Positions 44,368 through 56,396 of a stretch of DNA of 64,000 nucleotides are shown in pieces (within the stretch, counting starts at the first letter, position 1; every line of letters begins with the position of its first letter). The notes beneath the pieces were generated by a model. The model was given only the letters and a program-made list of their open reading frames with translations. It was not told where the DNA came from and ran no database searches. The DNA comes from an uncultured delta proteobacterium (GTDB lineage Bacteria > Desulfobacterota > Desulfobacteria > Desulfobacterales > Desulfatirhabdiaceae). The stretch lies in the NCBI GenBank assembly GCA_963789395.1, contig CAWBKP010000022.1:160001-224000 (forward strand). The letters are read 5' to 3'. A program made the translations under genes and the position numbers.

Positions 44368-47052
44368 TTAAAACGTGTATCCGATAGAAATGTGAAATCG
44401 CCCCGGAGACTCACCCGGTTCGCGATCCAGTTTGAATCCGTAAAGCAGACCAACCGGGCCTATGGGTGTCACATACCTGAGGCCAAGACCCACGGAAGTT
44501 CTGAAGCCGTTTGCTATGTTACTTGCCTGATATTGAGATAGGTTCCCTGCATCCGTAAAAATACATAACTCGATCTGGTTGCCAAGGTCAATTCTGGCTT
44601 CAACCGATCCGGATGTTGACGAAAGACCGCCAACCGGCTGATTGTTGGTATCGTATCGGAGCATGTTTTCATCAAATCCCCTGACGGTGGTTGAACCGCC
44701 CAGGTAAAAAAGCTGATCATCGGCGATGACCTGATCCGTATTCATCGGATCGATATATCCCCATCTGGCGGAACAGGCAAGGGTGAGGCGGTTCAGCGGC
44801 GTGATATAATATCTGGCATCGAATCGGTATCTGATGAAATTATCCAGATCGCCGTCAATCCCCCTGGAAAGATCGACATATCCGGCTGCAAAAACGCCTT
44901 TGCGGGGTCTGACAAACGAATCCCGGGTATCATATTGCAGCATGGGCGTTAACTTCATCAGGCTTCTGGAGTCAAGTCCGTTTGTCGCCGAATAAATCGA
45001 CGGGTAGGTCTGATAGTATAAAACGGTATTTTCATAAAGGTGTCGCTGCTCGGCATTGAACGCAATACCGGCTCTGACATAATTTTCCCATTTGCGGGAA
45101 AAAGCCAGAGAAGAGCCCAGAACGCGGACCCCGAAGCTCTGGTTGAAATAAGACTGATCCTCGGCATACCCCAGTGCATTGGCGGAAATACGGCTTCCCA
45201 TAAACCTGGGTTCGGTCAAGCCAGTCTCGCCCTTGTATCCGATCTGGCTGATTTCAGTTTCGGCCCAGGCTTTGATGTTTGACCCCTGAAAATTGCGGTC
45301 TTCCAGGCGGGTATGGGCAAAGGCGCCTTTTTCGGTTTCATAGCCGAAGCCGGCATCCAGGACGTATGGTTTGGCCTCTTCAACCGCAATGATCAAATTG
45401 ACCCGGTCCGCCATCTCTTTCAGCCCGCAGGATTGAAACTGTACGGATCGGATGATCTCCATGTTCCGAATGTTCTTCTGGCTTTGGAGCAGTTTTTTCA
45501 GGGAGAACGGATCTCCGGTTTTGATCTCCATTTCATTTTTTAAAATCTCCTCCCGGATGGTGAAATTGCCGGATACGATCACATCTCCCATCACCACATA
45601 ATTGCCTTCCTCGATCCGGTATGCAATATTTGCCTGAAACGGGTCGTCCGGAAAATTCACCTGCGCCTGAACCTGTACATGGGGGTGACCGGTTTCAGAA
45701 ATCAGTTCCGTTAGTTTGTTTTTGTCATTTTCAAGATTGCCCTCGAAAAAAGGGCTTCCGGTTTTCATACTGAGCGCGTCAAGGGCGGCTTGCTTGGAAA
45801 TTGAATGCAGTCCGGTAATCGTGATTTCAGAGACAATGGCCTGCTTCCCCTCATGGACTGTGAATAGAATATCCGCCTGGGTCCGATCCGGGGTCAGTGA
45901 AACATCCGGGGTGATTTCGATGTTTCGAAATCCCTTGCTGAAGTACAATGCATCAATTGCCTGTACATCCTCATTCAGGGTTTCCTGAACCAGAACACCG
46001 GGCTGGAAAATTTTTCCGGGCTGAGAAAGGATCTGTTTCTCGATTTCGGTTGTGGGCAGGGCATTGTTGCCGACGATTTTTATGCCGTCGATCCGGGTTT
46101 TTACCCCTTCATCGATGGTGATGATGAAGACTTTTTCATCGTTGGCTTCTGCGGAAGGAAAGGGTTTTTCACGGATATGAATCTGCGGTTCCAGATAGCC
46201 GGCCTTCTGATACCGGGACTTGATTTTGCGGATACTTCGCTTGATGCTGATGTCATTTATTTTTCCATCTTCCAGGAAAACCAGATCGGTTTTCAGCGCG
46301 GCAGCTGAAAACGCCTCATTGCCCTCCCATTCAAACCGATAATGCGCGCCTTCGGACACGGATATATCCAGGTCGGCCTGATAGGGCTGTTCCGGGAAAG
46401 TCTTTATTTGATAGGCTAGATTTACATCCAGATATCCGTGTTCCCGGTATAGCGCCGCAAGAGTATGCATGTCTTTCTGAATTTCGGCATCGACAATGCG
46501 GCCTGAAACGCCCGGCAATAAGGCCTTTTTCCAGGTGGTCATCCGGGTTTTAAGCCTGAAGGCAGAAAACACATGGATTCCGGTGAACCGAATATGTTGA
46601 AGATGGAGATAATGACCTTTGTCCAAATTCACCTGGATAATATAATGCTCCAAAGAGCTTCCATCTGATGGTTCCAGAACCGCCTGAACCGTTACGGACG
46701 GATGAATAAACCCCTTTTTCTCCAGATAGGATTCGAGCAGGGACTGCTGTTTGGACAGGAGGTTTTGATCCAGGACAGTGCCGACATAAAGTGTCATGGC
46801 GCTCAGAATATCCCGTTCATACAGGGGAAATGCGCCGTGTATCCGTATGTCTTTTATCCGTCCGCCGTTATCCTGGGAAAAGCAGGAAGGTTCTTCGGGA
46901 AATGAACCGGCAAGGACTGCTTGAAAAGATGATAAAATCAGGCAGCAGATGATCATCATGGCTGGAGCGATCCTCTTTCCTGCTTTCCCGATGCCCAATA
47001 TCTTCCGCTGTCTGGCACCTGTCAACTGTCCATGCTTTTTAACGGAATTCAT
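44368..47052 (-). CDS. Omp85 family (BamA/TamA-like) outer membrane protein with multiple POTRA-like domains
   Basis: Repeated POTRA-like segments; LGGSTTVRGF; GLRYVTPIGP; C-terminal ISIGYTF. Confidence 0.88.
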   Translation of the reverse strand: MNSVKKHGQLTGARQRKILGIGKAGKRIAPAMMIICCLILSSFQAVLAGSFPEEPSCFSQDNGGRIKDIRIHGAFPLYERDILSAMTLYVGTVLDQNLLSKQQSLLESYLEKKGFIHPSVTVQAVLEPSDGSSLEHYIIQVNLDKGHYLHLQHIRFTGIHVFSAFRLKTRMTTWKKALLPGVSGRIVDAEIQKDMHTLAALYREHGYLDVNLAYQIKTFPEQPYQADLDISVSEGAHYRFEWEGNEAFSAAALKTDLVFLEDGKINDISIKRSIRKIKSRYQKAGYLEPQIHIREKPFPSAEANDEKVFIITIDEGVKTRIDGIKIVGNNALPTTEIEKQILSQPGKIFQPGVLVQETLNEDVQAIDALYFSKGFRNIEITPDVSLTPDRTQADILFTVHEGKQAIVSEITITGLHSISKQAALDALSMKTGSPFFEGNLENDKNKLTELISETGHPHVQVQAQVNFPDDPFQANIAYRIEEGNYVVMGDVIVSGNFTIREEILKNEMEIKTGDPFSLKKLLQSQKNIRNMEIIRSVQFQSCGLKEMADRVNLIIAVEEAKPYVLDAGFGYETEKGAFAHTRLEDRNFQGSNIKAWAETEISQIGYKGETGLTEPRFMGSRISANALGYAEDQSYFNQSFGVRVLGSSLAFSRKWENYVRAGIAFNAEQRHLYENTVLYYQTYPSIYSATNGLDSRSLMKLTPMLQYDTRDSFVRPRKGVFAAGYVDLSRGIDGDLDNFIRYRFDARYYITPLNRLTLACSARWGYIDPMNTDQVIADDQLFYLGGSTTVRGFDENMLRYDTNNQPVGGLSSTSGSVEARIDLGNQIELCIFTDAGNLSQYQASNIANGFRTSVGLGLRYVTPIGPVGLLYGFKLDREPGESPGRFHISIGYTF

Positions 47053-50000
47053 GGCGAAATTTCACTTCTCCCCCGATTACCCCCCGGGTGTCCTGGAATC
47101 CGCTGAAAAGAATATTTTCGATGAACATGTATTCAGTGATGGTGCGCTGAAATGTTACGCCGCCCCTGCTCTCAACCGAATATTTCACCGTGATTCGCGG
47201 AGAAATAATTTTTCCGAATGTCACCTTCAAGGGATCATCATTCACATAACGGCTTTCACCGGTCGAATCCACTTCCAGAATATCCAGTCCGGATGCTTTT
47301 TTCAGATCGCTGCCGATAGAAGCGGACAGCAGATCCGCAAGCATTTTTTGTGAAGAGCCGGAACTGTTTGAGGTATTGGCGATTGTGGCCCGTGATGTTT
47401 TTCCCGTTACCAGCAGGGATAACAGATCATTGTCATCTAAAAACGGAGTGGATGACAGTTTCAGATTCAAGTTGTCCAGCGGTCCGGAGATATCCAGAAA
47501 GACGGTCCAGCTCTGGATGGCTGCCTGGCTTTGAATATCCAGAACAGATTCCAGTGTATACGGATTGGTAAAATCGATAAACCCTTTTTTGATGGTAAAT
47601 GTCGTGCTCTGGTATTGGAGGCTTCCGGAATCAATCCGGGTTCTGCCCTGGATGATGGGTCGCTGAAGGGTTCCGGTGATACGCATGTCCGGAGACAGTT
47701 TCAACTGCGCCATGTTATTGTCCACAACAAACAGGTTGCGGGGCGGAATCCGGATATCCAGAAGCGTATTCTGAATCGCTGCGGGGAAAACAATTTCCTG
47801 CCGTGCCTGAAAGCTGCGTTCACGATTGAACAGAGTTCTGAGCGGATTGATAGTCACATTTTTATAATAGAGGCCGTCCAACACGACGATCTCACCCTGA
47901 ATCGCAGGCGCCTCGGCCGTGCCCTGAAGCGTCAGATCGGCATTCAACCTGGCATCGAGCGTATCATCGATTTTGATGGGAACCAGTAATGCTGCCAGCT
48001 GAAAATCCATGGTCTGTATCCGGAAGGTGTCGATTTCAGCCTTTCCCCTGAGTGTAATGCGGCCGCTGTCCAGTTGACCTTCCAGTTGATCAACGGCTAA
48101 TGGTTTTGGGGGTGATATGTATCCGGCCGTTGATATCGTGAAGATCCTGAGAATTGTTTTCAAAGGTGAATCCTGCCTGCCGGATATCCACAACAGCCTC
48201 GATATCCGGCTTGTACCAGTGGCCTTTCATCGAAGCGGAGATGGCCAGGCTCCCGCGCAAGTCGGAAAGCGCGTCATTGAAATGTCTTGCGGCATTGATC
48301 GGGATATCGGCGTTCAGGCGAAGGGATACGCTTTCGCCTGGCCTGGCTTCGCCGCCGATATCAACGAATCCTTCCTGCAAAAGGGTCAGGCGGTTCTGGG
48401 GGATGACAATGGCTTCGTTTTGTATGCCAAGCCGCAGATGCCGTCCTTCAACCAGGGGATGCCCCGCTGCGGTCAGTGAAAGTTCCGATAACCCCGCGTC
48501 GGCCTTCAGGGTTTTCAGCGAATTGAAATTGCCGGCAGCCGAGAGGCTGCCTGAAACTGTTCCGCTAATCTCCTTCAGTCCTGCGGATTGAAAAAACGGG
48601 GCGAGCGCAATTTGAGAAAAATCCAGTTCAGCCGTATACTCCTGGGTCTGCAATTGCCAGGAAACTGCGCCTCGGATCGGGGATTGCAGCTGAAAACGGG
48701 CCCGGTCATCGGCTATCTCTAATTGAATACGGGAATGATCCCAGTTGCTTTCATAAAATCGGAATGGGTTTAAAACGATTTCTCCCTGAATCCGGGGATG
48801 ATCCAGATTCCCGTTTCCCGTAAGATTTACAAACAGTTTACCTTCTCCGGCCGGCCAGTTGACGGCCACTGCAGCGATATGATTGAGGGAGATACCGTTT
48901 GCCGCAAGCGCAACTTGAAATGTTCTGTCCAGAGAAATCCAGCCCGAGGCATCCAGGGTTTCTCCGGGCGAGACAGATGCGCGGGCTCTGGCAATATTCA
49001 GCCTGTTGTCCTTGAAATCGGCTGCCAGGTCAACGCCTGTAAATTTCTGCCGGAAGTCCTTCTGGTCCACATCCAGTTGATTGGATTGAAGGGTTGCCGT
49101 TCCCTTGAGCTGTCCCGGGGTTCCTTCCAGTTCTGCGGCCATTGAAACTTTCCCTTTAATAAAATCGAGGAAATCTTCGGCGTACAAGGCGGTTCCGGAT
49201 CCGTTCAAACGAAAGGGCATGGAGCGATGAAGCGATTGGCCGCCGGGTTCAAAAATCTGGATATTACCGGAAAAATCCGCATGTGAGCGCCGGTTCTGCA
49301 GAAACAGCCGCTTTATTTGAATCTTGCCTTCGGAAAGCTGGAATTCTCCGGTTACGTTTCCCAGCCGAACGCTCGGGGCTTCCAAACCTTTTGCCTGAAT
49401 CTTCAGGGATCCGGACAGTGAATTTATCCTTCCTTCCAGTTCGCATCTGCCATCGATGGTGCCGCGAATATCAGCAGATCTCAGAAAATCAACTGGCTGA
49501 ATCTGGCTGAAGGTCGCAGATAAAGCAAACGGTCTTTGCTGTAAGGTCGAGTCTGAATATAAGGGGAAATCGCCCTTTGCCGTCAGTTCCGAGTCTCTGG
49601 TTTTTCAGGGACAGGGACTGGATGCGAAGCATGCCAGAAGCGTCCAGTGCCGCATCCGCTCGCAGTGCGCCAAGCTGAATTTCATCATATCCCAGTCGGT
49701 TGCTTTTTAGTTTGAGGGTACATTCCGGTCGTTCCAGCGTGCCGGATACGCTGGCCTGAATACCCAGACTTCCGGATGCGCCGCGAATCCCCAGCGGTGC
49801 AAGGCTTTTGGAAAGATTGTCGGATTCACAGGTCAGATCGCCGGAAACATGGTTGTCCGATGCATTCCAGAAGCCGGTTGCCGTCAGACGGGTGGATCCT
49901 GCCTGTGCCAGGAACTGCTGAACCCGCATGCCATCACTGTCCCATCTGGCGTGTGTATTGATCCGGATATCCACGGGCATGACATCCGGATGAACTGAGA

Positions 50001-51249
50001 CCTGCGCGGCGTGAAGGTCAATGCCGATATCCGCCTTCGGTAAATGATCCGGATACCCGTTACTTTGTAATCTGAGGGTTCCGCTGACGATGCCGGCTGC
50101 GGACGGGAGAACGCTGCTCAGATGCAACGATTTTAGAAAAATTTGCAGATTGGCGGACAGTGCGGACAAATCGGCCGGAGGAAGGAATATTCCGGAAGCA
50201 AATGCCTGTTTGAGGTCAGCGTCACCGGTGATATGAATTGCTCCTTTGTCCTCAGGTTCAAAAGAGGAATCAAGTGCGATGATCCGGTCTTTGAGGCTGG
50301 TACTCATGCAAAGACGATCCAGCGAATATTCGGAAATCTTTGCCTGGGTGCTGGTCAGACTCAGGTCGGCATTCGGGTTTAACAAGGGGCCGGAAATAGT
50401 TCCGGTGATATGGGTCTGGCCGGAAAGCGCTGTTTCCAGATCCAGGCTTTGCTGAAGCAATGAAAGGTCGCTGTTCAGGGTCACGTGCAAGCTGAGCTCA
50501 GGGGCTTGCCATATTTCTGAAATGCTTCCCGACATTTCAGTATCTACACCAGGGGTTGACAGACTGAGATGCAGGGGTAGGATTTTTCCGTCTTTCAGAC
50601 TTCCTTTAAGAGAAACAGCGCCTATCAATGAGTGATAAAACGGGCTCGAAATCTCGCCGCTGCCGATACGGATATCGGTGCGTCCGGTCTGATTCAAAAA
50701 ATCAACGGAAATATCCGCATCCGTGTTTTCGATAAAAACCGACAGGTTCTCCGCGTGATCACGGTAGTGAATGCAGGCATCCGAAAGGGTTGCCTTGTCC
50801 AGGATAAATGGAAAGAAAAAACCGGATTCGGTATCCGCGGTTTCCGGATCAGAAGCTGCGATCGAAAAGATCCGTGAAAAATTCAAGGTGCCGTCGGCAT
50901 GGAGAGATGCGTTGACCCTTGGTTTTGAAAGGGTTGCGGATTGGATGTGAATCTTTCCCTGGAGCAGCTGGCCCCAGGAAAAATCGATTGAAAGATGCTC
51001 GCATGCGGCGGCTTCATTCTTCTCAGAATCAACGATGCTGAGATTCCAAATTTCAATCCGGCCCGGTATCAGGGAAAATCGGAAATTTTGAATGGAAACA
51101 GTTCCGGAAATCCGGTGATTGAGTGCATTCAGGATTTGTGTTCGAGCCAGATCGGTATGCAAATACCAGAGGGTTCCGATCCCCAGCAGGATGCACACCC
51201 CAAACACCATGGAAAGTCCCATAATGAGATATCTGAAAGGCTTTTTCAT
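47039..51249 (-). CDS. tamB: TamB (DUF490) translocation and assembly module protein (apparent frameshifts near 49595 and 48100)
   Basis: N-terminal membrane anchor, long beta-rich body, C-terminal LSSTPFL...LSLLVTG; three ORFs join across two indels; directly upstream of the Omp85 gene. Confidence 0.8.
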
Positions 51250-51318
51250 CGGTTTTTTGAAAAATCCACTTTTTTTGATTCTCGGTATATTGGATGGCGT
51301 GAGCGGTATGGATGGCTG

Positions 51319-52740
51319 TTACAATACAACCAGCAGACGTTCATGAATCCGGTCAAAACCGCCGTTGGACATTATGAGAATTATATCATCAGCTCTTGCT
51401 GCGGTAACCAGAAAATCTATGATGGCTTCGGTATCCGGGAAAAAATGGGCGTCAATGCCGCGGCTTTTCAGATCGCTGACAAGCAGTTCTGCGGAAAACC
51501 GCTCATGGACTGGAATTTTGTCAAGAAGCGGCGGGTTTCGGATGCACACCATATCCGCATCGTCAAAAGACAGCGGGTAATCGTTTTGAAATACCTTTCT
51601 CATGCTGGAATTGGTGCGGGGCTCAAACACGGCAATGATGCGTCCGGCCGTATAATATGATTTGACAGCGCGCAGTGTTTCCCGGACAGCCGTGGGGTGA
51701 TGGGCAAAATCATCCATAACGGTAATGCCGTTTTTACATCCGCGGACTTCCTGTCGGCGCTTCACGCCTTCAAATGTCTTGACGGCCGTGGCTATTTCCG
51801 GCAACGAAATCCCCAGGGCATCGGCCACGGCAATGGTGGAAAGCGCATTCCACAGGTTGTGCTCGCCGATCATTCGGGTCTGCAACCGGCCCCAGAATTT
51901 GCCGTTTTTCATCACGTCAAAATAAATCCAGGGCGGAGTTGCGGAATGATTCCCCAGATTCCAGTCAGAACCGGGGTCCATACCGTAAGTCAATATCCTG
52001 CACGGGCGGTTTTGAATTATTTCGCGGATTACCGGATCCTGATCGAAGGCAACCAGCGTGCTTTGCGGAGACATCCCGGAAATGAAGGAATCAAATGCGT
52101 TTTCGACGGCGGCCTGATCGCGGAAGATGTCAGCATGATCAAATTCAACGCTGGTCAGGATGGCGGCTATCGGAGCATAGTGTAGAAATTTCGGTCCCTT
52201 GTCAAAATAGGCCGTGTCGTATTCATCCCCTTCCAGCACCATGTAGGCGCCGTGGCCCACCCGGTAGTTGGCGCCGAAATTTTTCAGAATGCCGCCGATG
52301 ATATAGGTGGGGTCAAGCCCCGCACTGAAGAGAATCCAGGCCAGAAGCGCGGATGTGGTGGTCTTGCCGTGGGTGCCGGTGACAACCAGGGATTTTTTTC
52401 CCGAACCTGCAAAATGGTTGATGGCCTGGGGCATGGAGCAGAAGGGCAGATTCAGCTCCCGCATGCGGACAGCCTCTGGATTTTCTTTGCGGACGGCATT
52501 TCCCACCACCACCAGATCAATATCCGTTGTGATATGGTCCGGATCAAAGCCTTCCTGGACGGGAATGCCTTTGTCTTCAAGAAGAAGGCTGATGGGAGGA
52601 TACACGTTCTGATCGGACCCGGTAACCTGATAGCCAAGGTCTTTCAATAAACAGGCCAATGCGCCCATGCCGGTTCCGCACACGGCGATCAAATAAATCC
52701 GCCGGACATTTTCCGGAATGGGGGTTGAACCGGTACTCAC
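51319..52740 (-). CDS. mpl: Murein peptide ligase
   Basis: IAVCGTGMGALA, GSDQNVYPP, GTHGKTTT, EGDEYDTAYFDK and DDFAHHPT motifs. Confidence 0.92.
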   Translation of the reverse strand: MSTGSTPIPENVRRIYLIAVCGTGMGALACLLKDLGYQVTGSDQNVYPPISLLLEDKGIPVQEGFDPDHITTDIDLVVVGNAVRKENPEAVRMRELNLPFCSMPQAINHFAGSGKKSLVVTGTHGKTTTSALLAWILFSAGLDPTYIIGGILKNFGANYRVGHGAYMVLEGDEYDTAYFDKGPKFLHYAPIAAILTSVEFDHADIFRDQAAVENAFDSFISGMSPQSTLVAFDQDPVIREIIQNRPCRILTYGMDPGSDWNLGNHSATPPWIYFDVMKNGKFWGRLQTRMIGEHNLWNALSTIAVADALGISLPEIATAVKTFEGVKRRQEVRGCKNGITVMDDFAHHPTAVRETLRAVKSYYTAGRIIAVFEPRTNSSMRKVFQNDYPLSFDDADMVCIRNPPLLDKIPVHERFSAELLVSDLKSRGIDAHFFPDTEAIIDFLVTAARADDIILIMSNGGFDRIHERLLVVL

Positions 52741-54035
52741 GCGCTAAGCCCTTTAAAAACGGACTCAGCGGCGCGAACGGTCTCCTCGATATGGGTTTTG
52801 TCGTGCGCTGCGGATATAAAAAGCGCTTCAAACTGGGATGGCGCCAGATAAATCCCCTGATCCAGCATGCCGCGATAAAAAGCCGAAAACATAACCAGAT
52901 CCGCGGTCTTGGCGTCGTCGAAATTGTGGACAACGCGGTCGGTAAAAAACAGACCTGCCATCGAGCCGACCCGCCCGACTTTTGCTTTGATGCCGGTGCG
53001 GTGAATGGCGGCTTCAACGCCTTCAATCAGCATTGCGGATGCAGCGTCCAGTGACTCATAAAAACCGGGCTGTCCTATCTGCTTCAGGGTGGCGATGCCT
53101 GCAGCCATGGCCAGGGGGTTTCCGGAAAGGGTGCCGGCCTGATATACCGGACCTTGAGGGGCGATCTGCGACATGATGTCGCGTTTTCCGCCGTAAGCGC
53201 CAACCGGCAATCCACCGCCGATGATTTTCCCAAGCGTGGTCAAGTCTGGAGAAATATCATACAGGGCCTGCGCGCCGCCATGCGCCACGCGGAATCCGGT
53301 CATGACTTCATCAAAGATCAAAAGGCTGCCACACCGGCTGGTTTCGGATCTGAGAGTGGCCAGAAACCCTGGAACCGGCGGTACCATGCCCATGTTTCCT
53401 GCAACGGGTTCAACGATGACTGCCGCCACTTTCTCTCCTATGCTTTCCATGATACGGACAAATCCCACGCTGTCATTGTAGACCAGTGAAAGGGTTTGGG
53501 AAGCGACGGCGTCGGGAACGCCCGGGCTGCCGGAAATGGCAAGGGTGGCAACACCGGAGCCTGCGGAAACCAGCAGTGCATCAGCATGACCGTGATAGCA
53601 GCCGTCGAATTTAATGATAATATCCCGATTTGTGACGCCCCGTGCCAGCCGAATGGCGCTCATGGTGGCTTCGGTGCCGGAATTGACCATGCGAATCATT
53701 TCAATGGAGGGAACTGCGTCAATCACAAGCTGGGCCAGTTCAATTTCCAGATCCGTGGGGGCGCCGAAACTGGTTCCCCGTTCCAGGACGCGGCCGATGG
53801 CTTCCATCACCGCAGGATGGCGGTGGCCCAGAATCATGGGGCCCCATGAACCCACATAATCGATATAGGCGTTTCCGTCCATATCCACAATCATGCAGCC
53901 GTCGGCATGGTGGATGAATGCCGGAATCGTTCCCACGGATTTGCAGGCGCGGACCGGGCTGTTGACGCCGCCGGGAATGAGTTGCATTGCTTTTTGAAAA
54001 AGTGCATGAGAGTTGCGATAGATTTTTTCCATCAT
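52737..54035 (-). CDS. hemL: Glutamate-1-semialdehyde 2,1-aminomutase
   Basis: PGGVNSPVRA, NSGTEATM, GCYHGH, FDEVMTGFR and GKIIGGG motifs. Confidence 0.97.
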   Translation of the reverse strand: MMEKIYRNSHALFQKAMQLIPGGVNSPVRACKSVGTIPAFIHHADGCMIVDMDGNAYIDYVGSWGPMILGHRHPAVMEAIGRVLERGTSFGAPTDLEIELAQLVIDAVPSIEMIRMVNSGTEATMSAIRLARGVTNRDIIIKFDGCYHGHADALLVSAGSGVATLAISGSPGVPDAVASQTLSLVYNDSVGFVRIMESIGEKVAAVIVEPVAGNMGMVPPVPGFLATLRSETSRCGSLLIFDEVMTGFRVAHGGAQALYDISPDLTTLGKIIGGGLPVGAYGGKRDIMSQIAPQGPVYQAGTLSGNPLAMAAGIATLKQIGQPGFYESLDAASAMLIEGVEAAIHRTGIKAKVGRVGSMAGLFFTDRVVHNFDDAKTADLVMFSAFYRGMLDQGIYLAPSQFEALFISAAHDKTHIEETVRAAESVFKGLSA

Positions 54036-54044
54036 GGGTTCCTT

Positions 54045-54719
54045 TTATGCTTTCCATCCCTGTTCGCCGATCAGTTTGACAAACCGGCAGCCGCCCAGAG
54101 TTGACTGGTGGATTCCGTTTTCATCCCGGACCAGCTTGATGAGTTCTTGTGTATGGGTGTCCCCTACCGGTATGACCATCCGGCCTCCGACAGCCAGTTG
54201 ACTGACCAGGTTCGCCGGGATGCGGGGACTTCCGGCTGTGACGATGATGGCATCAAACGGACTTTCGCCAGGCCAGATGTTTGTTCCATCCGAGTACCGG
54301 GTGACAATATTGTGATACTGCAGGCTGTCGAAAAGCTGGCGGCTTTTTTTGTACAGGGCGAAAATCCGCTCGACTGTATAAACGCGATAGACAATATCAG
54401 CCAGTATGGCGGCCTGATATCCGGAGCCGGTTCCAATCTCCAGGACGCGATCGTCTTTGTTCAAGGTCAGTGCCTGTGTCATTTCAGCCACAATGAATGG
54501 CTGTGAGATGGTCTGCTGTTCTCCAATGGGAAGGGGAAAATCCCCATATGCCTGATCCATCAGCGCTTCGCTGACAAACAAATGCCGAGGGATTTTTCGC
54601 ATGGCGTTCAGAACGCGGACATCGGTAATGCCGCGGGCCTCTATCTGCCTTTTGACCATTTCTTCACGGAGACGTTCATATTTTTTTGAGTCTTTAACCA
54701 TCGGGAATCCGGACCTCAT
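54045..54719 (-). CDS. pcm: Protein-L-isoaspartate O-methyltransferase
   Basis: QTISQPFIVA, VLEIGTGSGYQAA and PFDAIIVTA motifs; start set at the ATG after the AGAGGA RBS. Confidence 0.95.
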   Translation of the reverse strand: MRSGFPMVKDSKKYERLREEMVKRQIEARGITDVRVLNAMRKIPRHLFVSEALMDQAYGDFPLPIGEQQTISQPFIVAEMTQALTLNKDDRVLEIGTGSGYQAAILADIVYRVYTVERIFALYKKSRQLFDSLQYHNIVTRYSDGTNIWPGESPFDAIIVTAGSPRIPANLVSQLAVGGRMVIPVGDTHTQELIKLVRDENGIHQSTLGGCRFVKLIGEQGWKA

Positions 54720-54940
54720 TGCTGTTCCTCTAAACATAAACCAAACACGGGGGATAGTCGAGTTAATTTTGAAGTCAGGTAACGTACAAGATGGTTTCAG
54801 TTGCGGATAACGGTCCGGCCGATGCGTCAGCATCTGAAAAAGCGCGGGGAATGACTGTTTAAGGTGTAATAAACTTTTGGATTGTGGTAATGTTTCCGGG
54901 CTGCTCGGGCGTTTCAATCCGCACACAATGGAGGAATTGA

Positions 54941-55603
54941 ATGGAATTTGCCACCTGGCTTATCAGCTTTATCATGCACATTGACAGGCATCTGGTCGAA
55001 ATTATCCAGCATTATGGAATATTGACTTATTTTATCATTTTTCTGATCGTATTCTGCGAGACAGGGCTTGTTGTCACTCCGTTTCTTCCCGGCGATTCTT
55101 TGATTTTTGCGCTGGGAGCGCTGGCCGCTGGCGGAGAACTGAATCTTGCCCTGATAAGCGGAGTGCTGGTGTTTGCAGCAATAATTGGCGATACGGTCAA
55201 TTACCATATCGGAAAATATGTGGGTCCGAAAGTATTCACACAGGAGGGCAATCGATTTTTCAAGAAAGAGCATTTGATGAAAACCCATGTCTTTTATGAA
55301 AAACACGGGGCAGTAACCATTATCATCGCCAGGTTCATCCCCATCATCCGTACGTTTGCGCCGTTTGTCGCCGGGATAGGCATCATGAATTACGGCCGGT
55401 TCATTGTGTATAACATCTCGGGGGCCATTATGTGGGTTGCCTTATTCATAACTGGCGGGTATTTTTTTGGAAATCTGCCTATGGTCAGGAAAAATTTTAC
55501 ACTGGTCATCATGGCCATTATTGTGATATCCGTCCTTCCGATTGTGATCGAAGTCTATAAGACATGGAAAGAAAGCAAACAAAGACTTCGGGCGGATCTT
55601 TAA
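54941..55603 (+). CDS. dedA: DedA family membrane protein
   Basis: FCETGLVVTPFLPGDSL and ARFIPIIRTFAPFVAG motifs; GGAGG RBS. Confidence 0.93.
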   Translation: MEFATWLISFIMHIDRHLVEIIQHYGILTYFIIFLIVFCETGLVVTPFLPGDSLIFALGALAAGGELNLALISGVLVFAAIIGDTVNYHIGKYVGPKVFTQEGNRFFKKEHLMKTHVFYEKHGAVTIIIARFIPIIRTFAPFVAGIGIMNYGRFIVYNISGAIMWVALFITGGYFFGNLPMVRKNFTLVIMAIIVISVLPIVIEVYKTWKESKQRLRADL

Positions 55604-55642
55604 CCGTGTGATTCTGGCCTGCGGTTTTCGTATCGTTTTTTC

Positions 55643-56335
55643 TCATCCGGCCTGTATCAGACAATGCTTATCTCTGCGCGCCTCCAGGTCCAGGACAACA
55701 CCTCTTTTGAAATCTTCCTTTCCCCATTGCTCCAGAATCGCCTGACGATATGTTGCAATATCCATATTTTCAAGACGCATGCGAAGGGTTTTAAAGAAAC
55801 AGGGGATTAACTGACCCGGCGTCTGCACATGATGCAGTCCGGCGCTCAGGGTAATCAGCATCCGCCCGCTCGGGATCGCTTGGATGATATCGGCGATTCC
55901 GCCGCGAACCGTCATGGGATTTCCGCGGTTGTCCAGGCCGTTGGCGCGTTTCATGCGTCCCTCCGGCATGATAATCACCATGGAGTCGGGTTTCAGGTGC
56001 TCAAAAAATCTCTCCCAGGAGTGATCTCTGCGTCGGGTTACGGGAACCACATTGCCGGCGACCATTCGAAAAAAATATCCCATGATCGGTCGCCGAAGCG
56101 CCTTATCCGCCACCGGCATTACCCCATACCGGGCGATACGTTTGAGAAAATAGCTGGGAAACCATCCGACAAAAAGGGGTTCATACAGACTGGTATGGTT
56201 CAAAAACGTTACCAGTCGGAGGTCCTTCCAGGGATCTTCGGGGCTGTCGCCGATCCATGAAATGTCAAATCGGTAGCATGCCTTGCTGAAGCATTTAATG
56301 ATCAGAAGCAGGGCATAAACAACTTGTTCTCGCAT
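55643..56335 (-). CDS. Lysophospholipid acyltransferase (PlsC-like) family protein
   Basis: NHTSLYE (HX4D/E) and MPEGRM motifs. Confidence 0.75.
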   Translation of the reverse strand: MREQVVYALLLIIKCFSKACYRFDISWIGDSPEDPWKDLRLVTFLNHTSLYEPLFVGWFPSYFLKRIARYGVMPVADKALRRPIMGYFFRMVAGNVVPVTRRRDHSWERFFEHLKPDSMVIIMPEGRMKRANGLDNRGNPMTVRGGIADIIQAIPSGRMLITLSAGLHHVQTPGQLIPCFFKTLRMRLENMDIATYRQAILEQWGKEDFKRGVVLDLEARRDKHCLIQAG

Positions 56336-56396
56336 GAAGCTTCCCCCCGTTAGACCGGCGAGCACTTTGGGAAGCAATCTGTTTTCCGGCGAGAAG

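Noticed and set aside
54720..54926. 68-aa N-terminal extension of pcm in the ORF track
   Set aside because: Non-homologous sequence crossing the divergent promoter region; an RBS precedes ATG 54719
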